From positions 2,046,001 to 2,110,000 of the forward strand of contig MU058636.1 of NCBI GenBank assembly GCA_013265495.1: a stretch of 64,000 bases of DNA, in the 5' to 3' direction. The position numbers and the translations under genes were made by a program. The notes beneath the pieces were generated by a model. It worked only from the letters and a program-made list of their open reading frames with translations, was not told the DNA's origin and ran no database searches. The DNA is from Vicugna vicugna. Its lineage: Eukaryota. Below, in pieces: positions 46,616 to 59,400 of this stretch. The stretch's first letter is position 1, and the number at the start of each line of letters is the position of its first letter.

Positions 46616-49320
46616 CTACAATGAAAAGGAGAAATTGGTTTGTTTGCCAAGCCAGCAGGATGAGTTTATGTCTTTCAGACATAAGGGCCCTTTTCCCTGT
46701 GTATGTTTGTGTGGCATGTAGCTTTCAGTGGAATCTCCAATGAACTGACCCCAAGAGTGGAAGTAAGGGCCACGTTTCTGGGGCATCTTCCTTCCAGCTG
46801 TGTGTGTGCTTCTGAGTTGCCTTCATCCTTCATCGCTAAGCTAAGCCCCTAGAAAGGATTTGGTGCAGGTAGATGGCCTGTTTCCTCTTTTACAAAGCCC
46901 TTCTTTGGGGGAGAGGCTACCAAATCATGGGTGGTCTCTTCCATTGTTTAATAACATCATTACTGCAAAAATTTTCCTGTGTTTAAACTAAGCCCCCTTT
47001 CTTGCCACTTAAGGTTATTTCTTTTGATCTGTTTTCAGCAGGAGGGAAGAAACTGGGAAGGGTGGTCACTGCTGTTGGCTATAATAATGCATCAGAGCTA
47101 CCAAAAAATCAGGGTCGTTTCTCAGACGTCCTTGCCAGGCAAAATATTCTTAGTATTTCTAACGCATCATTACATGATGATTACAAATCTTCAGGGTTCA
47201 GTACACGGACCTATCAACCACTGGTAGTAATTTGTTTCAACCACAGAGAAGTGTACAGCATAGTGATTCAGATATATTCATATATTCCTTTTTGTATTCT
47301 TTTTCATTGTAGGCTATTATAAGGTATTGAATATAGTTCCCTGTGCTGTACAGTAGGACCTTGTTATTCATCTGTAGGCTGGTCTTACAAGAGGCAGCAC
47401 CAGTCCAGGCAACATCCACTTGCCAAATTCCGGACTCTGTGTTTCCCACATTAGATAACTCTGACTTTATTTTCTAATAGGAATATGCAAGGTCAGACGT
47501 TATCCCAACTTCTGGGATAAATTTATAGGAGCTGAATTCTCTCCCAGGTTTAGTGAGGCATCAGTAATAAAACATATTTCTTTAATACTGGGTTTCAGGA
47601 ATTTCCATGGTAGCAACACCTTTGACCCAACCTCCAACTCGATTATCCATCAGGTGCTATCAACTCTGTCTTCTCTCAGCAGGGCTGCTAGTTGTAACCT
47701 ACGGAGGACGTTCAGCTGCAGTAAGAAGCTGTTTGCTTGGTGTATTTCTCTCCATTTATAACCCACTGTAACTCTGCCCTCAGCCGAGCTTTTTCTCCTC
47801 ATCCATCCAGGCATAATTTTGGTTACTTTCACTTGCCAGACATCACTTCGGTTTACTTTCTGTCGTTTATTTGGCTTAAAAAACAAACACATTTTGGGCC
47901 TCTCTGCTCCCACGTAAGTAGGAGAGGACTCTTCTGGCCCTTGCAGCCACACTCTGCATTGAAAGGCAGAGTTAGTGGGTTTGACATATTTTCTCTCACC
48001 CATCAAAGATACTCAACATGCACATTAGCCGAATCATAGCCTCTGGCAACTCCAGGAAGGGAAAGAACTATAGGAGAATCTTCTGAAATCAGATTATCTA
48101 AACCCACAGAGCCCCCGGGCACTTCTGGTAGCAGGCTTGGCCATCTCCCTGGAAGTGCCATCACAACGGTACTCGGCCAAGGAATGAAGAAATGGGCCCG
48201 AAAACTCCCACATCCTACACTGGGAGACGCATGTCTGCTGTGACTAACAACTCTGGGAAGCAGTGTGGCCTGACAGCGGCTTACAGTTGTGGGAAGATGC
48301 TCCCTGCCTAGGTCACCGAGGGGCTAGGCTAGCTGCCGTGCAACTTAGACTCGCAGAAGGAACCCATCCAGTGTGTCACCTGCCCTCCACTGCTCCCAAT
48401 TTAGTTGATTTTTTTCCCCGTCAGCAGCCATTGCTGGCTTTTGCCTGTCTCGCCAGCTTTTAATCAATTTCCAGTTGTCTTCCCCAAGCCAAACAGAACA
48501 TATTTGGGGGGCCAGATATTCTTTCTTAGGTAGGAAGAAGTGGAAGTGGAATCATTTCAAGGCTTTCCCTCTGTGCCCTCAGGCCCCACCCCAGTGCAGT
48601 CTGCCTGTGTATCGTTCTGTTGCACCACGGGCTGGGGGCTACTTTGCGTGGTGATGTCTGCGTGGGAGGAACTTTGGGATAAGCAGGACTGATGGCATCT
48701 CTGTTACCTGGGAAACAGCAGCTCTTCACAAACAAAACTTAAAGACCCTTCCTTGGACTTTCTTCTTCTGGTCATTTCAGACACCCAGGAAATTTGAAGC
48801 ATGTCATTTGTAGATTTGTTCAGAGGGAGTTTTTGATCCTCAGCCTTGGCCAACTCTTTGACCAAATACTTGGTTTTACTGTGCCTCCCCATCCTGAATG
48901 GTGGTCTAGGTCACAAATGTCCAACCCTCAAAAATTTCATCATTGAATAGTGTCTATCCTGGTAAGAGTCTGCTGGAAGGGGTCTCTCCCCTTCCCCTTC
49001 ACTTACCTGCTTTTCTGTGTCCTTCACCCTTCAAGGGGAGAGACTCAAGCACCTTTGTGTCCCCAGGACTTAGGTGCCTGCTGCTCAGCAAAGGTGCTTC
49101 ATAACTGTTGAAAGAATAAACAGCTGCTCCCGGGTCCCCTGGACCTGCTGGCTTAGGCTTCTGTTAGAGTTGTTTACCTCTGTGTCTGTCTCCCTTGCTA
49201 GTTGGAAAGCAGTAGGAGGGCAGAATCCTGGGACTGGTTTATTTTTGTCTCCCTCAAAGCACAGCATTTGGGAAATGATGCTCAGTATGGGTTTAGGCAT
49301 CTGTGGAACAAATACATTAC

Positions 49321-49453
49321 CCAGTTTAAGTCTCTCCCGGGCAAACTCCCACTTGCTGGCATCATAAGGGAGCCGTTCACACTGCTCGTCCAGGGGAACT
49401 TCATCTGGGTCCATGATAATCGATAGGTAGTCAGTTTTAATCTCAGAAGAAGA
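49321..49453 (-). CDS. FLT1: FLT1 exon 17 (juxtamembrane): [44 protein letters not shown]
   Basis: tctcag acceptor and gtaatg donor; Y794-equivalent TDYLS. Confidence 0.97.
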
Positions 49454-50374
49454 CTGAGAAATAAAGAGATCCCAAAGTCACCAACAAGGAAACAACTTAC
49501 AAACCCCAGATAGCCAGCTTGAAACCAACCTTGGCAACATCTGCTGCTGTTTTGGTGCGTTTGGTTGAACCCACGTGGCTAGGTACAGAAAGTACCCTGT
49601 GCACACCCATACACACAGCACAGCCGACTGTGTGGTTTCCATCAAACAACCTCTTACTGTCCCCACACTGTGGTACCAGCTCCCCCGTCCCATCTCAGAC
49701 AGAAGGCACTCAGGTCCTCCAGTGACCACATTGCTTGTTCTTAAACAAGTTCTTATTACCTGACAGTCCTTCTTGGAAAACTGCAAAGTGTTTTTATAAA
49801 TCATTCCAAGCATGATGAAAAAGAACTTTCCATGACCCTCTGTACAAGCAGGAATATGTGCTATAGAAGGCAACAGTGGGGTCCATGTTTGCGGCTTTTC
49901 TCCATTTGCAAGAAAGGCCAGAAGTAGCAGAGAGAACCCAGGACCCCTGGGACAGTTGAGAGGCACTGTTCATATGAGGTGTTTAAATACACTCAGAAGC
50001 TCCCTGGAAAGACTGCAGGGTCCGTTAGTGAGATCAGAATAAAATTTACCTGGAGGAGTTTTAAGGAAAAGCATTCTGAACTCAGAACTTAACACTGAAA
50101 AGTCTGCATTTTTGAAAGAAGGCTGGAAAGGATTCCACCAACAAGCAGGCTACCCAAGTGTCCTGGTGACCAAAATTTTGTGGGTCGTTGTTCACAAGTG
50201 GATTGGATTCATTCACACTGTTCATTTTGAATGTATGTAAGTTAAAGTTCACGTAAAATGCAAATGTATTAAATATGTTCGCAAATTTATATTCACCATA
50301 CGTTATTGTGACTCACAAGCAGGAAAAAGACAAGAAAAAGTGAAAAAGGAAAAGTGTAACAAAAAAAAAGATTT

Positions 50375-50493
50375 GGGGGGAAGCTGTAGCTCAGGGGTTG
50401 CATGTGTGCTTAGCATGCCTGAAGTCCTGAGTTCAAAAAAATTTAAATTAAAAAAAAATAAACCTAATACCGCCCCCCCAAAAGAAAAAAAAA
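50375..50493 (+). mobile_element. Camelid-type tRNA-derived SINE (Vic-1-like), diverged
   Basis: tagctcagg...gtgcttagcatgc...gtcctgagttcaa...aaataaacctaataccgccccccc; A-rich TSD-like flanks (aaaaaaaagat). Confidence 0.75.
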
Positions 50494-52894
50494 GATCTAT
50501 CTTCAGTAAGAAATCAAAATTGATTATTGCAAAGGGCAAAGGGTAAGACTTACGCACAGCCACATTTGAAGTTCTTTTGGTAGTATGTCCAGTAAGTAAG
50601 GCGGCATCTCTGAGCTTCAAGTGCTTGTTTTATCTTGGTAATGCAAATTAAGCCCAGAAAAGACACTTTATTTCCAATCATACATCACTGGATTTGCATT
50701 TACTGTCTTAGAGTCACATGAATGGGTAATACCCTGTTCATGGTTCTTGTAGGATTGACTGCATTTCCGTGGGCAGGACAGAGAGGAAGTATGTTTGCCC
50801 ACATCAGCTGGGTTTTGATAACTCTTGCCTAGAAGTTGTGTAAACCACATTTAAATGAGTTTAGGGCCCTGTCTTTCCTCGCATTTCCCTAAATAGGCTC
50901 AGAGTTCAGCAGAGAAGACAACCTCTCAAATGCACCGCATTTCACACCCGCCTGCGTTCTTCCGCCCTGACTCACCCTGCTCTGTGCTGTCACCCCTCAC
51001 TTCATCCATCACAAAAATTATCACTAAAATGGGTGACAAATAGCTCAAGGCAGGAAGACGTGCCTGGCCTCCACCAAGAGCGGAAAACAGGGAAAGAGGG
51101 GGTGCACACGTTTGTCATGGCCTGCGTTCGCCACTGGCGTTAGACTGTGAGGGCCCAGCCCGTCAGACACTCGCGAGTGTGCAAGCTTGCAGGGGAGCGT
51201 CCGTTCCTGCACCAGGGTGCTGGGTGCTCATTAGTAGAGATGCCGGAGGGGGTTTCAGGACTAAACTTTTGTTTTTTCCTTTAAAAAGGCATAGATGTGT
51301 TATCCATTTGAGGACTAAACCTTTCGACGCCCTGTCTAACCAAAGCCATGAGAAATGATCCCCAGGCTTCCAAGAGCACAGGAGAGCCGGAGCCCAGCGA
51401 GGGGCAGCTTGGGTTCTGCAGGGAGCAAGGGGAGGGCGGTGGTGTTGAAGGAGGGTGGGGGGCAGGCCACGGAGACAGTCTTCCCACGGGGCACCTGTGG
51501 AATTTTACGGTTTACCTCAATCAGGCAGATGAGAGGAAACACCAAACCAGCCTTAGGGAAGGGCTCTGAGGCTAGTGTGACAGCAGAATCTTGGTTGACA
51601 AATATTTATTCTTTCAACTGACATTAACGCTAAGCAGTTACCAGGTGCCGGACTAGGAAGGTGCACGGACAGGCACTTCAGAGCCCAGGCCCGTGGGGCT
51701 GGATGTGAATCCTAGCTCAGCTTCGGCGTGGCGTATAGCCTCGGGCCAGTTGCTTAAGCTTTTTAAGCTTAGTTTCCTTATCTGTAAAATAGTGGTGGCG
51801 ATAGTACTTATCTCCCAGGGTTGCTGTGACTATCAGACGAAATCATCCAGGTAAAGCTGTTAGAACCGCCTGGTGTATGGTAGGCATGAATAAATATTAT
51901 CTCTAGTTAAACCATTGGCCTGTGGAGGCTGGGGATAAGAAGATAAAATGCAGCCTTTATCAATGAGGAATTTACACGGTGGTTAAAGAAATCACATGGA
52001 AATCTTTTTTGATGCCTTGTTCCTCTCTGCTTTCCACAACGAGTTACTTCTCAAAATCTGTAGGCATTCTGTTACTGCAGTGACGATTTCTTGTTTTCAT
52101 CCTTTCTTATTGCTATTAAAAATTTCATAAATTTTCATTAAATCAAGGGATGTCTTCAATTTAGCCCCAGTGCACCTTTCCAGTTTTATTTCTGCTGAGC
52201 TCCGATGTGCAAAGGAACCAGACTTCTGCCCTGGGCTGTGTTTTTCTGTTGCTTTTCCTTCCAGGCACCACCTTCAGGGTCTGTCTCGAAGCTCTGCTTT
52301 CTCTGAAGTTTTTCTCCCCATCTCCTCCTTTGAACTCCCGTAGTCTGTGTAGCTCCCTTACAGATTTGGCAAGTTTTGCTTTTTGTTTGATCTGTTTCCC
52401 TTTACAATGTCTCTCCCCTTTCAGAATGCCACTGTTTTAACTTTCGTTTCCTTCGAAAGCCGTAGCCGTAATTGTCACGTCTCAGAACCAATCACTCCTT
52501 GTAACAAAAGCCTAATGGTACACATTCACCAGGGAGGGTGGCTCCAGCCTGGCCTCTCACACCAACACTGTGAAGAACCCCTTGCTGGTTTTCAACAGCA
52601 AGTCAGACAACCTGGGTTCAAAATTCGGCTCTGACTCAAGCTAGCTGAGGGACTCTGGCCAAGTGACTTTACCTCTCTGAGCCTTGGTTTCCGTCTCTAT
52701 AGAATGGGAGTAATAGTATTCCCAGCTTTGCGTTGTTTTGAAGGATTAACTGAGATACGACCTGAAGAGCTTCCCAGAAGACCAGGTACATTAATAGGGG
52801 CTAATAAATCTCCAGAAATTGAGGAGGCCTCCTGGGTGCTTCGCAAGTCTTGTTCATTTTATCTCCCAAATATCTCTCTTTTTTCTATTTTTCA

Positions 52895-53285
52895 AGAAGT
52901 TGAAGTGTAGTTGAATTACATTGTGTGTTAGTTTCTGGTGTATGGCATAGTGATTCAGTTATACATATATTCTTTTTGGTTTTGTCTTTTATTTTTTTAA
53001 TTTATTTATTTTTGCTGGGGAGGAGGTGATAGGTTTATTTAATTATTTTTAATGGAGGGACTGGGGATTGAACCCAGGACCTTGTGTGTGCTAAGCACAC
53101 ACTCTACCACTGAGCTATACCCTCCCCCCCTTATTTTGTTTTTTAAATTATCGTTAGTTATATAGATACTCTTTTTCATTATAGGTTATTATAAACCATT
53201 GAATATAGTTCCCTGTGCTCTACAGTAGGAACTTGTTGTTTATCTATTTTTACGTATATTAGTTTGTATCTGTCAATCTCAGTCC
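52895..53285 (-). mobile_element. L1 3'-end fragment containing a nested Vic-1-like SINE (~52972-53130, - strand)
   Basis: L1 phrases ttgaagtgtagttga... and ttgaatatagttccctgtgc...agtagga flank ctggggattgaacccaggacc...tgagctataccctccc. Confidence 0.8.
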
Positions 53286-54439
53286 TAAGTATCTCTTGAC
53301 CCTAATCATTTAGACTAAGCTACCATCATTCCTTACTTGGACCGCTACAAAGTCTTCTACTGGGTTCCTCTAGTCACTCCTGCTCCTTCTCTAGTCCATT
53401 CTCCTCATATGGCCAAAATCATCTTCCAAGACACAAATCTCTCACACTTACGATCACCTATCTTTGCTTAACAGCACCCCCCCGCCCCCCCTGCCCACAA
53501 GGCTTCCTATTACTTCTGAAACATGGACGAAACTCCTTCCCAGCCTTTCCCACCATCTCCTTTCCTGCCTCACTTCCTGCCTCGTCCCCATCGCCGCCTC
53601 AGTCAGTCTGTCCTCCTCACTGTGTCCCCTCTGCCCAGCCCCCGGCGCCGACGTGCTGTCCTCTCTGCCTGCAACACTTTCCCTCCAGGGGATGTCATTC
53701 ATTCGGCCACCCCGAGTTGCCGCTTGACGTTTGTCTGTCCAGTTGGTTAAAGTCAGTCTCTCCCCAGGCTGCACACGGAAGCACAGTTGCCCTGCACTAC
53801 CACCCAGGAGCCTGACACAGGGCCTGGCACTCGCATCCAGCAGGCCCACAGCCAGTATTTGAGGCGTGAGTGGGTGTTGGTGCTTTCCCACCAAACTTCA
53901 GAGAAGCAGGTCATGCTACAGGCCTGATAATGGAAATCTGATGCCCTGCATTCCAGCCTGAAGGTCACACTCTAAGTAAGGGATGGGATTTTATCATGGG
54001 GCTCAGAGAGCATGGAGCAGCCGTGCTGGTGTCTGTTTCTACAAACTTCGGAGAGATAAGGCAGAGGTGGGTCTTTATTTTGCTTTTTCCTTTTTGTTTC
54101 TTAGCCAAGAGTGAGGTTGAGGAAAGGAGAGCTTTCTAGGTCTCATGTTGAATTTAATTCAAGGACTTTATTACATATTTTAATATAAAAAATGTCCCCT
54201 CTGTCCCTGGGAAATAGTCATCTGTTCATTACTCTAGTTTTTCTTTTGACTACCCCACATTACGGCTGAGAGACATTTGAATGATTCATTTTCCATGTTT
54301 GCCAGGTCAGAGACAGGAACAAGGGGTAGAGGGGTAAGAAGAGGGTCGAGCATTGGTTCAGGGCCACACCAGACATCAGGCAGGCATTGTGCAGTCTTAC
54401 ATAAGATGGAGCATAGAACTTCATCTGAAACGTTCTTAC

Positions 54440-54546
54440 CCTTTTCAGTTTTCGGATAAAGAGAGTTAACAGGAGCCAGAAGAGGGTTGCAGCCACACAG
54501 GTACATGTCAGAGTGATTAGCTCCAGGTTGGACTTGTCCGAGGTTC
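54440..54546 (-). CDS. FLT1: FLT1 exon 16 (transmembrane): (G)TSDKSNLELITLTCTCVAATLFWLLLTLFIRKLKR
   Basis: ccag acceptor and gtaaga donor; hydrophobic helix followed by a basic stop-transfer. No exon 15 was found up to 64000, so intron 15 runs past the window end. Confidence 0.97.
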
Positions 54547-54829
54547 CTGGAGAGACAAAAACACCACGAGGGCGCTGAATGGCAAGTCGCCAACTCAGGG
54601 TCTGTGATCTGACAGGTGTGGGCCAGGGCCCCGAAATGCTCATCATGGCAGACGCGGTCCCTGTCGGCCGGCGCAGAGATCAGTTTCCAGGACAGAGCCT
54701 CGTAGCTTCCAGGTCAGGCGGGATCCACGCTGTTATCATCATAAACTCCTATGTAAACTAAAAGATTTTTCAGAAATCTTGCTGTGGAGTTTGGAAACTT
54801 TCTAAGCCCAGAAATAGCTCATTAAAAAT

Positions 54830-55062
54830 CATAGGAGTTTGGGATTAACAGAAACCCATTTCTGTATATAAAACAGACAAACGTCAAGGACCTGCTGTGG
54901 AACACAGGGAACTATATTCAGTTTCTTGTAATGAGCCATAATGGAAAAGAAACTGAAAAAAATATGTATGTATGTATATGTATAACTGAATCACTTTGCT
55001 GTACACCTGAAACTAACATTGTAAATCGACTAAGCGTCAATAAAAAATAAGAATAAAAAAAA
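54830..55062 (+). mobile_element. L1 3'-end fragment
   Basis: ggagtttgggatt...cacagggaactatattca...tataactgaatcactttgctgtacacctgaaact...aataaaaaa. Confidence 0.8.
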
Positions 55063-55722
55063 TTAGAGAAGTTAAAAATGGGAAAAAATTAAGGCAGGAA
55101 CCAAAGCCCATTAAAGTGCTAAATCTGGACTATGTTAAATCTCCCTAATGGGTTTTAGAGGAAATTCTAAAGAAAAGGGAAAAAATGACATAAAAAAGCT
55201 CCTTTGGGACTCACCAAATTCTTCAAAGTATATTTTAAGAATAAAAATAAAACTCAAGGACTGTCACCATCGCCAGCTCACTCCTTTCGGACCAGCCAGG
55301 CCGGCCCCTCCCCATCCTGCTGCTCACATATGGGGCTGTTTCTGGCCTTTCGGGCAGTCAGCCTGCAGGGCTGAGATGCAAAGAGCTCCCTTCTGAGGCT
55401 GATTCTTCCCAAACACCTTACTCCCCAGAATCACAAAGCTCAAAAGCCAAGCACTGTTTCTCCATGACCAAAAAGAGAAGACTTAAAGTATCCAAGAGAA
55501 GCTTCCGCAGAGAGGAAGCTCTCGGATTTGTAAAGAAATGCTCCAGTAAGCCAGGATGGTGGTTCTTTGCCTTTTCTTTCTTTCTTTCTTTTTTGTAAAG
55601 AAGGTAAATTTTTATTATCTGAATTCCCTGAGGTGACCACTGTCAGAGGTTCCATATAGTCTTTTCCCTCTATATATATTTTACTTATTGAAACTCATGG
55701 ATAGAAAGGTTTGTGATTGATT

Positions 55723-56466
55723 AAAATTTTTAAAAATTGAAGTATAGTTGATTTACAATGGTGTGTTAGTTTCAGGTGTGCAGGAAAGTGATTCAGTTAC
55801 ACATACGCATCTGTTCTTTTTCAGAGTCTTTTCCATTATAGGTTACTGTAAGCTACTAAATACGGTTCCCTGTGCTATACAGTAGGACCTTGTTGTTTAC
55901 CTATTTTACATACAGTAGTGTGTTTCTGTTAATTCCAAACTCCTAATTTATCCCTCTCTCCCTTTCCCCTTTGGTAACCATAGTTTTTCTATGTCTGTGA
56001 GTCTATTTCTGTTTTATAAGTAAGTTCATTTGTGTCATTTTTTTTAGATTCTACATATAAGTGACATTGTATATTTCTCTCTCTCTGTCTGACTTACTGC
56101 ACTTAACATGATAATCTCTAGATCCATCCATGTTGTTGCAAATGGCACTATCTCATTCTTTTTTATGGCTGAGTACTATTCCATTGCATGTATATACACC
56201 ACGTCTTCTTTACCTGTTCATCTGTGGATGGACATTTGGTTGCTTCCATGTCTTGGCTGTTGTAAATAGTGCTACTGTGTACATTGCAGTGCAAGTATCT
56301 TTTTGAATTAGAGTTTTCTCTGGATATATGCCCAAGAGTGGGATTGCAGGATCATATGGTAATTCTGTTTTTAGTTTTTAAGGAGCCATACTGTTTTCCA
56401 TAGTGGCTGCACCAATTTACATTCCCACCGACAGTGTAGGATGGGGCCCTTTTCTCCACACCCTCT
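55723..56466 (-). mobile_element. L1 3'UTR/ORF2-end fragment (~740 bp)
   Basis: Antisense L1 text: gcaaatggc...atggctgagtactattcc...aaatagtgct...gggattgcaggatcatatgg...ccatactgttttccatagtggctgcacc. Part of ORF 56352..56711 (YTVGGNVNW) is the L1 ORF2 C-terminus. Confidence 0.88.
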
Positions 56467-59400
56467 GTTCCCAGCTTATTGATTCTAGTGGACAGTTTCC
56501 TAGGAACTCTGAAGCAGTGCCCTTTTCCTTTAAGTTTACTAAAAGGAGACGGGCTCATCATTACGTTAGGCCAAGAGCAAGTGAAACTTATTCCTTTTAG
56601 AAATGATGATGTGGGTGATGGTAATTTTAATTGAGCATTTATTATGTGCCAAATCCTCACAACCGCCCTATGAAGCAGTAGCAAAAATAACCCCCTTTCG
56701 TAGATGAGCACTTTGTCTTGCAGGCTCTTTGCTTCAAATCAGCAAAGACATACTAAGCCCTGCTCCAGGCAAGGAAGTAGGAAGCTGAATAAGGGAGAGT
56801 TGTCACTCCAGGAGCTCACCCACAGCCTAACCGAACACTAAGAGATAGGGTACAAAGAGTTTTGGAGATTGAGGGAAGCTAATGCCTTTTGGAAGAGGTG
56901 ACATTTGAAATGGATTTTGACCTAACGGGGATGACGGCAGGACAGGATGTTGTCGGCAGAGGGAACAGTGTGAATAAAAACCCAGAATCGGGAAGCGATA
57001 GGACACTGATGGCAGCGTGATGCGAGATACAGGACAGGACCAGACCACGGAGAATTCTGAGCATCCCTGTGCAGGCAGTCGGAGCCAGTGAAGGTTCCCG
57101 GCCCTGAGCAACAGCAGATACACCAGCTGGAAACCTGGGCATCTTCCCTCTCCTCTCCTATCGGTTCAGCCACCCCGTACACGCACTTCCTGTAGGCCCT
57201 GAAATTCTCACCTCCTGTCCTACACAGTCTCGCCTCCTCAGTCCCCACCATTAGCTTCCTAAGCAGCCTTGAGTCCCCCCTGCCTCTCTGACACTCTAGC
57301 CAGGGTGACCTCGCCAAATCACGAAGTTAATCTCGTGACTCCTCTAAATTCCATCATTGCTGCCCAGCCCTGTCACTGTCAGAATAAAAACCCGAACTCT
57401 TAGGTTCTTTGTGCCCGACCTTGTCTATTTCTTAAGCTTCGTCTCCTGCTGCCTCCTTTGAAACTTGGAGAAATTTCAAAGGATGCTAACCTTTCCTCTC
57501 AGTACGCATCCTCTTGATGGGAGTACTATAAGTGCAAGGTAATGGTGGGATTTCCTCCCCCACAGTGAGGGGTCTAATGCTGCCTCGCTGTATTCACACG
57601 CATGCACGTGCACAGATGCACACATGCACACTTCCTTGCTTATGCTGCAAATAAGTTTTGTGGAACTGAAAAACTGATTGGGACGTGCTCAGGGTGCAGT
57701 GGCCTCTGGCAGCTGGAGGTGCTGAAGGCACCCTGAGACAGGCACTGTCTGCATAAAACCTCTGCAGATGCCTCTGGCTTGACTGCCCTGGGAGAGGCCC
57801 CGCCCCTTGTGGGAACTTTCCCACCGCATTCCCCAGGGTAGGCCGTGGACCCCCAGAGTAATTCCACAGTCCTTACTCAGGCAGAATTCCTTTCAGTGGG
57901 ACCAAATGTGTTTATGTGCACTTATGCATTTCCGGAATCAACTCGTTAAAAACATCTTTAGATCGAACACTCATTAGTAGAAGGGGAAGATCTATTTAAT
58001 ATCCTGTTACTATTTACTGAGAACTAAACTGCGTAAGAGGCAGCGTCTGTCTCTTCTCACTCGATAGCTTCATCTCTGTCTTTATTTGGAGAGTAACCAT
58101 GAAGGTGGTCTGCTGCTGCACGTTGAGTCGGCAGCATCTCTTCCTGTCCAGCTCTCGGAGGTTTGTTCAGAGGTCAGACATCCACACACTGGCCTGACTA
58201 GACCCAGCCTCACCTCGCTGGTGTCGGCTGGCTAACTCAGTGCGTGACACAGCCCAGCTGCACATGGCAGGGGAAGGGAGGCCAGTGCAACGTGGGTGGG
58301 AGTTGACAACACCTGGGCGTTAGCCCTGGATCTCAGGGACATCCCTCCCATCTGCCGTGTGTGAAAGGCCGGCACCAGGACCTGGTACGAGGGTACATTT
58401 ACATGGAATACCGACCAGCAGGCGGCTGATTTGAAGAGTTAGGGTAACTGGACCTTCTGTTACAGATTGCTGCCCTGTTGTACAGAGCGTTCATGTCAGT
58501 TACCCTCCCAGGCTCGCACCATCCCTCCTGGGATGGAGCGGGCGGGTGCCTGACAGGGGTCAGGCTGATTTCTGAAGGGCGCCTCGCCCCCTCTGCCTGG
58601 GCAGCTGGGTCATCCTGCCCTGAGCTTTTCTGACGGTGACGCAGCTCCATCTGCCCAAGGCCCAGGCTGTGGCGCTGGAAGCATCACACCCACCCTGACA
58701 CGAGGCACCAGACTGCTCACACCAACAGGCAGCTCAGCTCACGTGGTGTAAGTAGATGGTACTTCCCAAGAAGTCAGGGTAACGCCCCCAGCCCCAGGGC
58801 CTGCCTGGACCTCAGAGACTGAACGCAGGTTTGATCAGGGCGGTAAGTCTTTATGTGGCCCTACAAGCAGCTGTGCCCGAGACAAGGACTCTGCACCCCA
58901 GCTCCCTCATCCTTAAAGTGTGGAGGTGATGGCAGCAGCCCGCCCCGCGGGGGAGGTGGAGAAAACAAGTGGGAGCTGTTATTTTGAAGGCTTCTTGCTC
59001 CCCTCTCTCCCCCTTTTCCCCTCTCTCTGGACTTCCAAGTACAAGATAATTTTTTCTTTTCATCCAAACATGCTGCAGAAATCATAGTCCGTCCTTTTGT
59101 TCTAAAACTAATCAGCCTTTGACCCAAGTACCGATTGTTTTCTGCAAACAGCCGAGTTACTTTCCCTGAGAATTATGCCTGGCACTGTAGTGTGGCTTGG
59201 GTGTTGTCCTCTGGTTCTGTCGTTATTGTAATTTGAGGTAACTGTGTATGTGGGTTTATGGCCTGTGAAGCTATCAGGACATCAAGGGAAGGATGTGTTT
59301 CTTGTTCATTTTGCATCTTAAGCTCTGGCCTAGTGGAAGTCTCAACACGTATTTACGTGTGGATAAAAATGAAATGAATCAGGTACATCTGGACCTGGCT

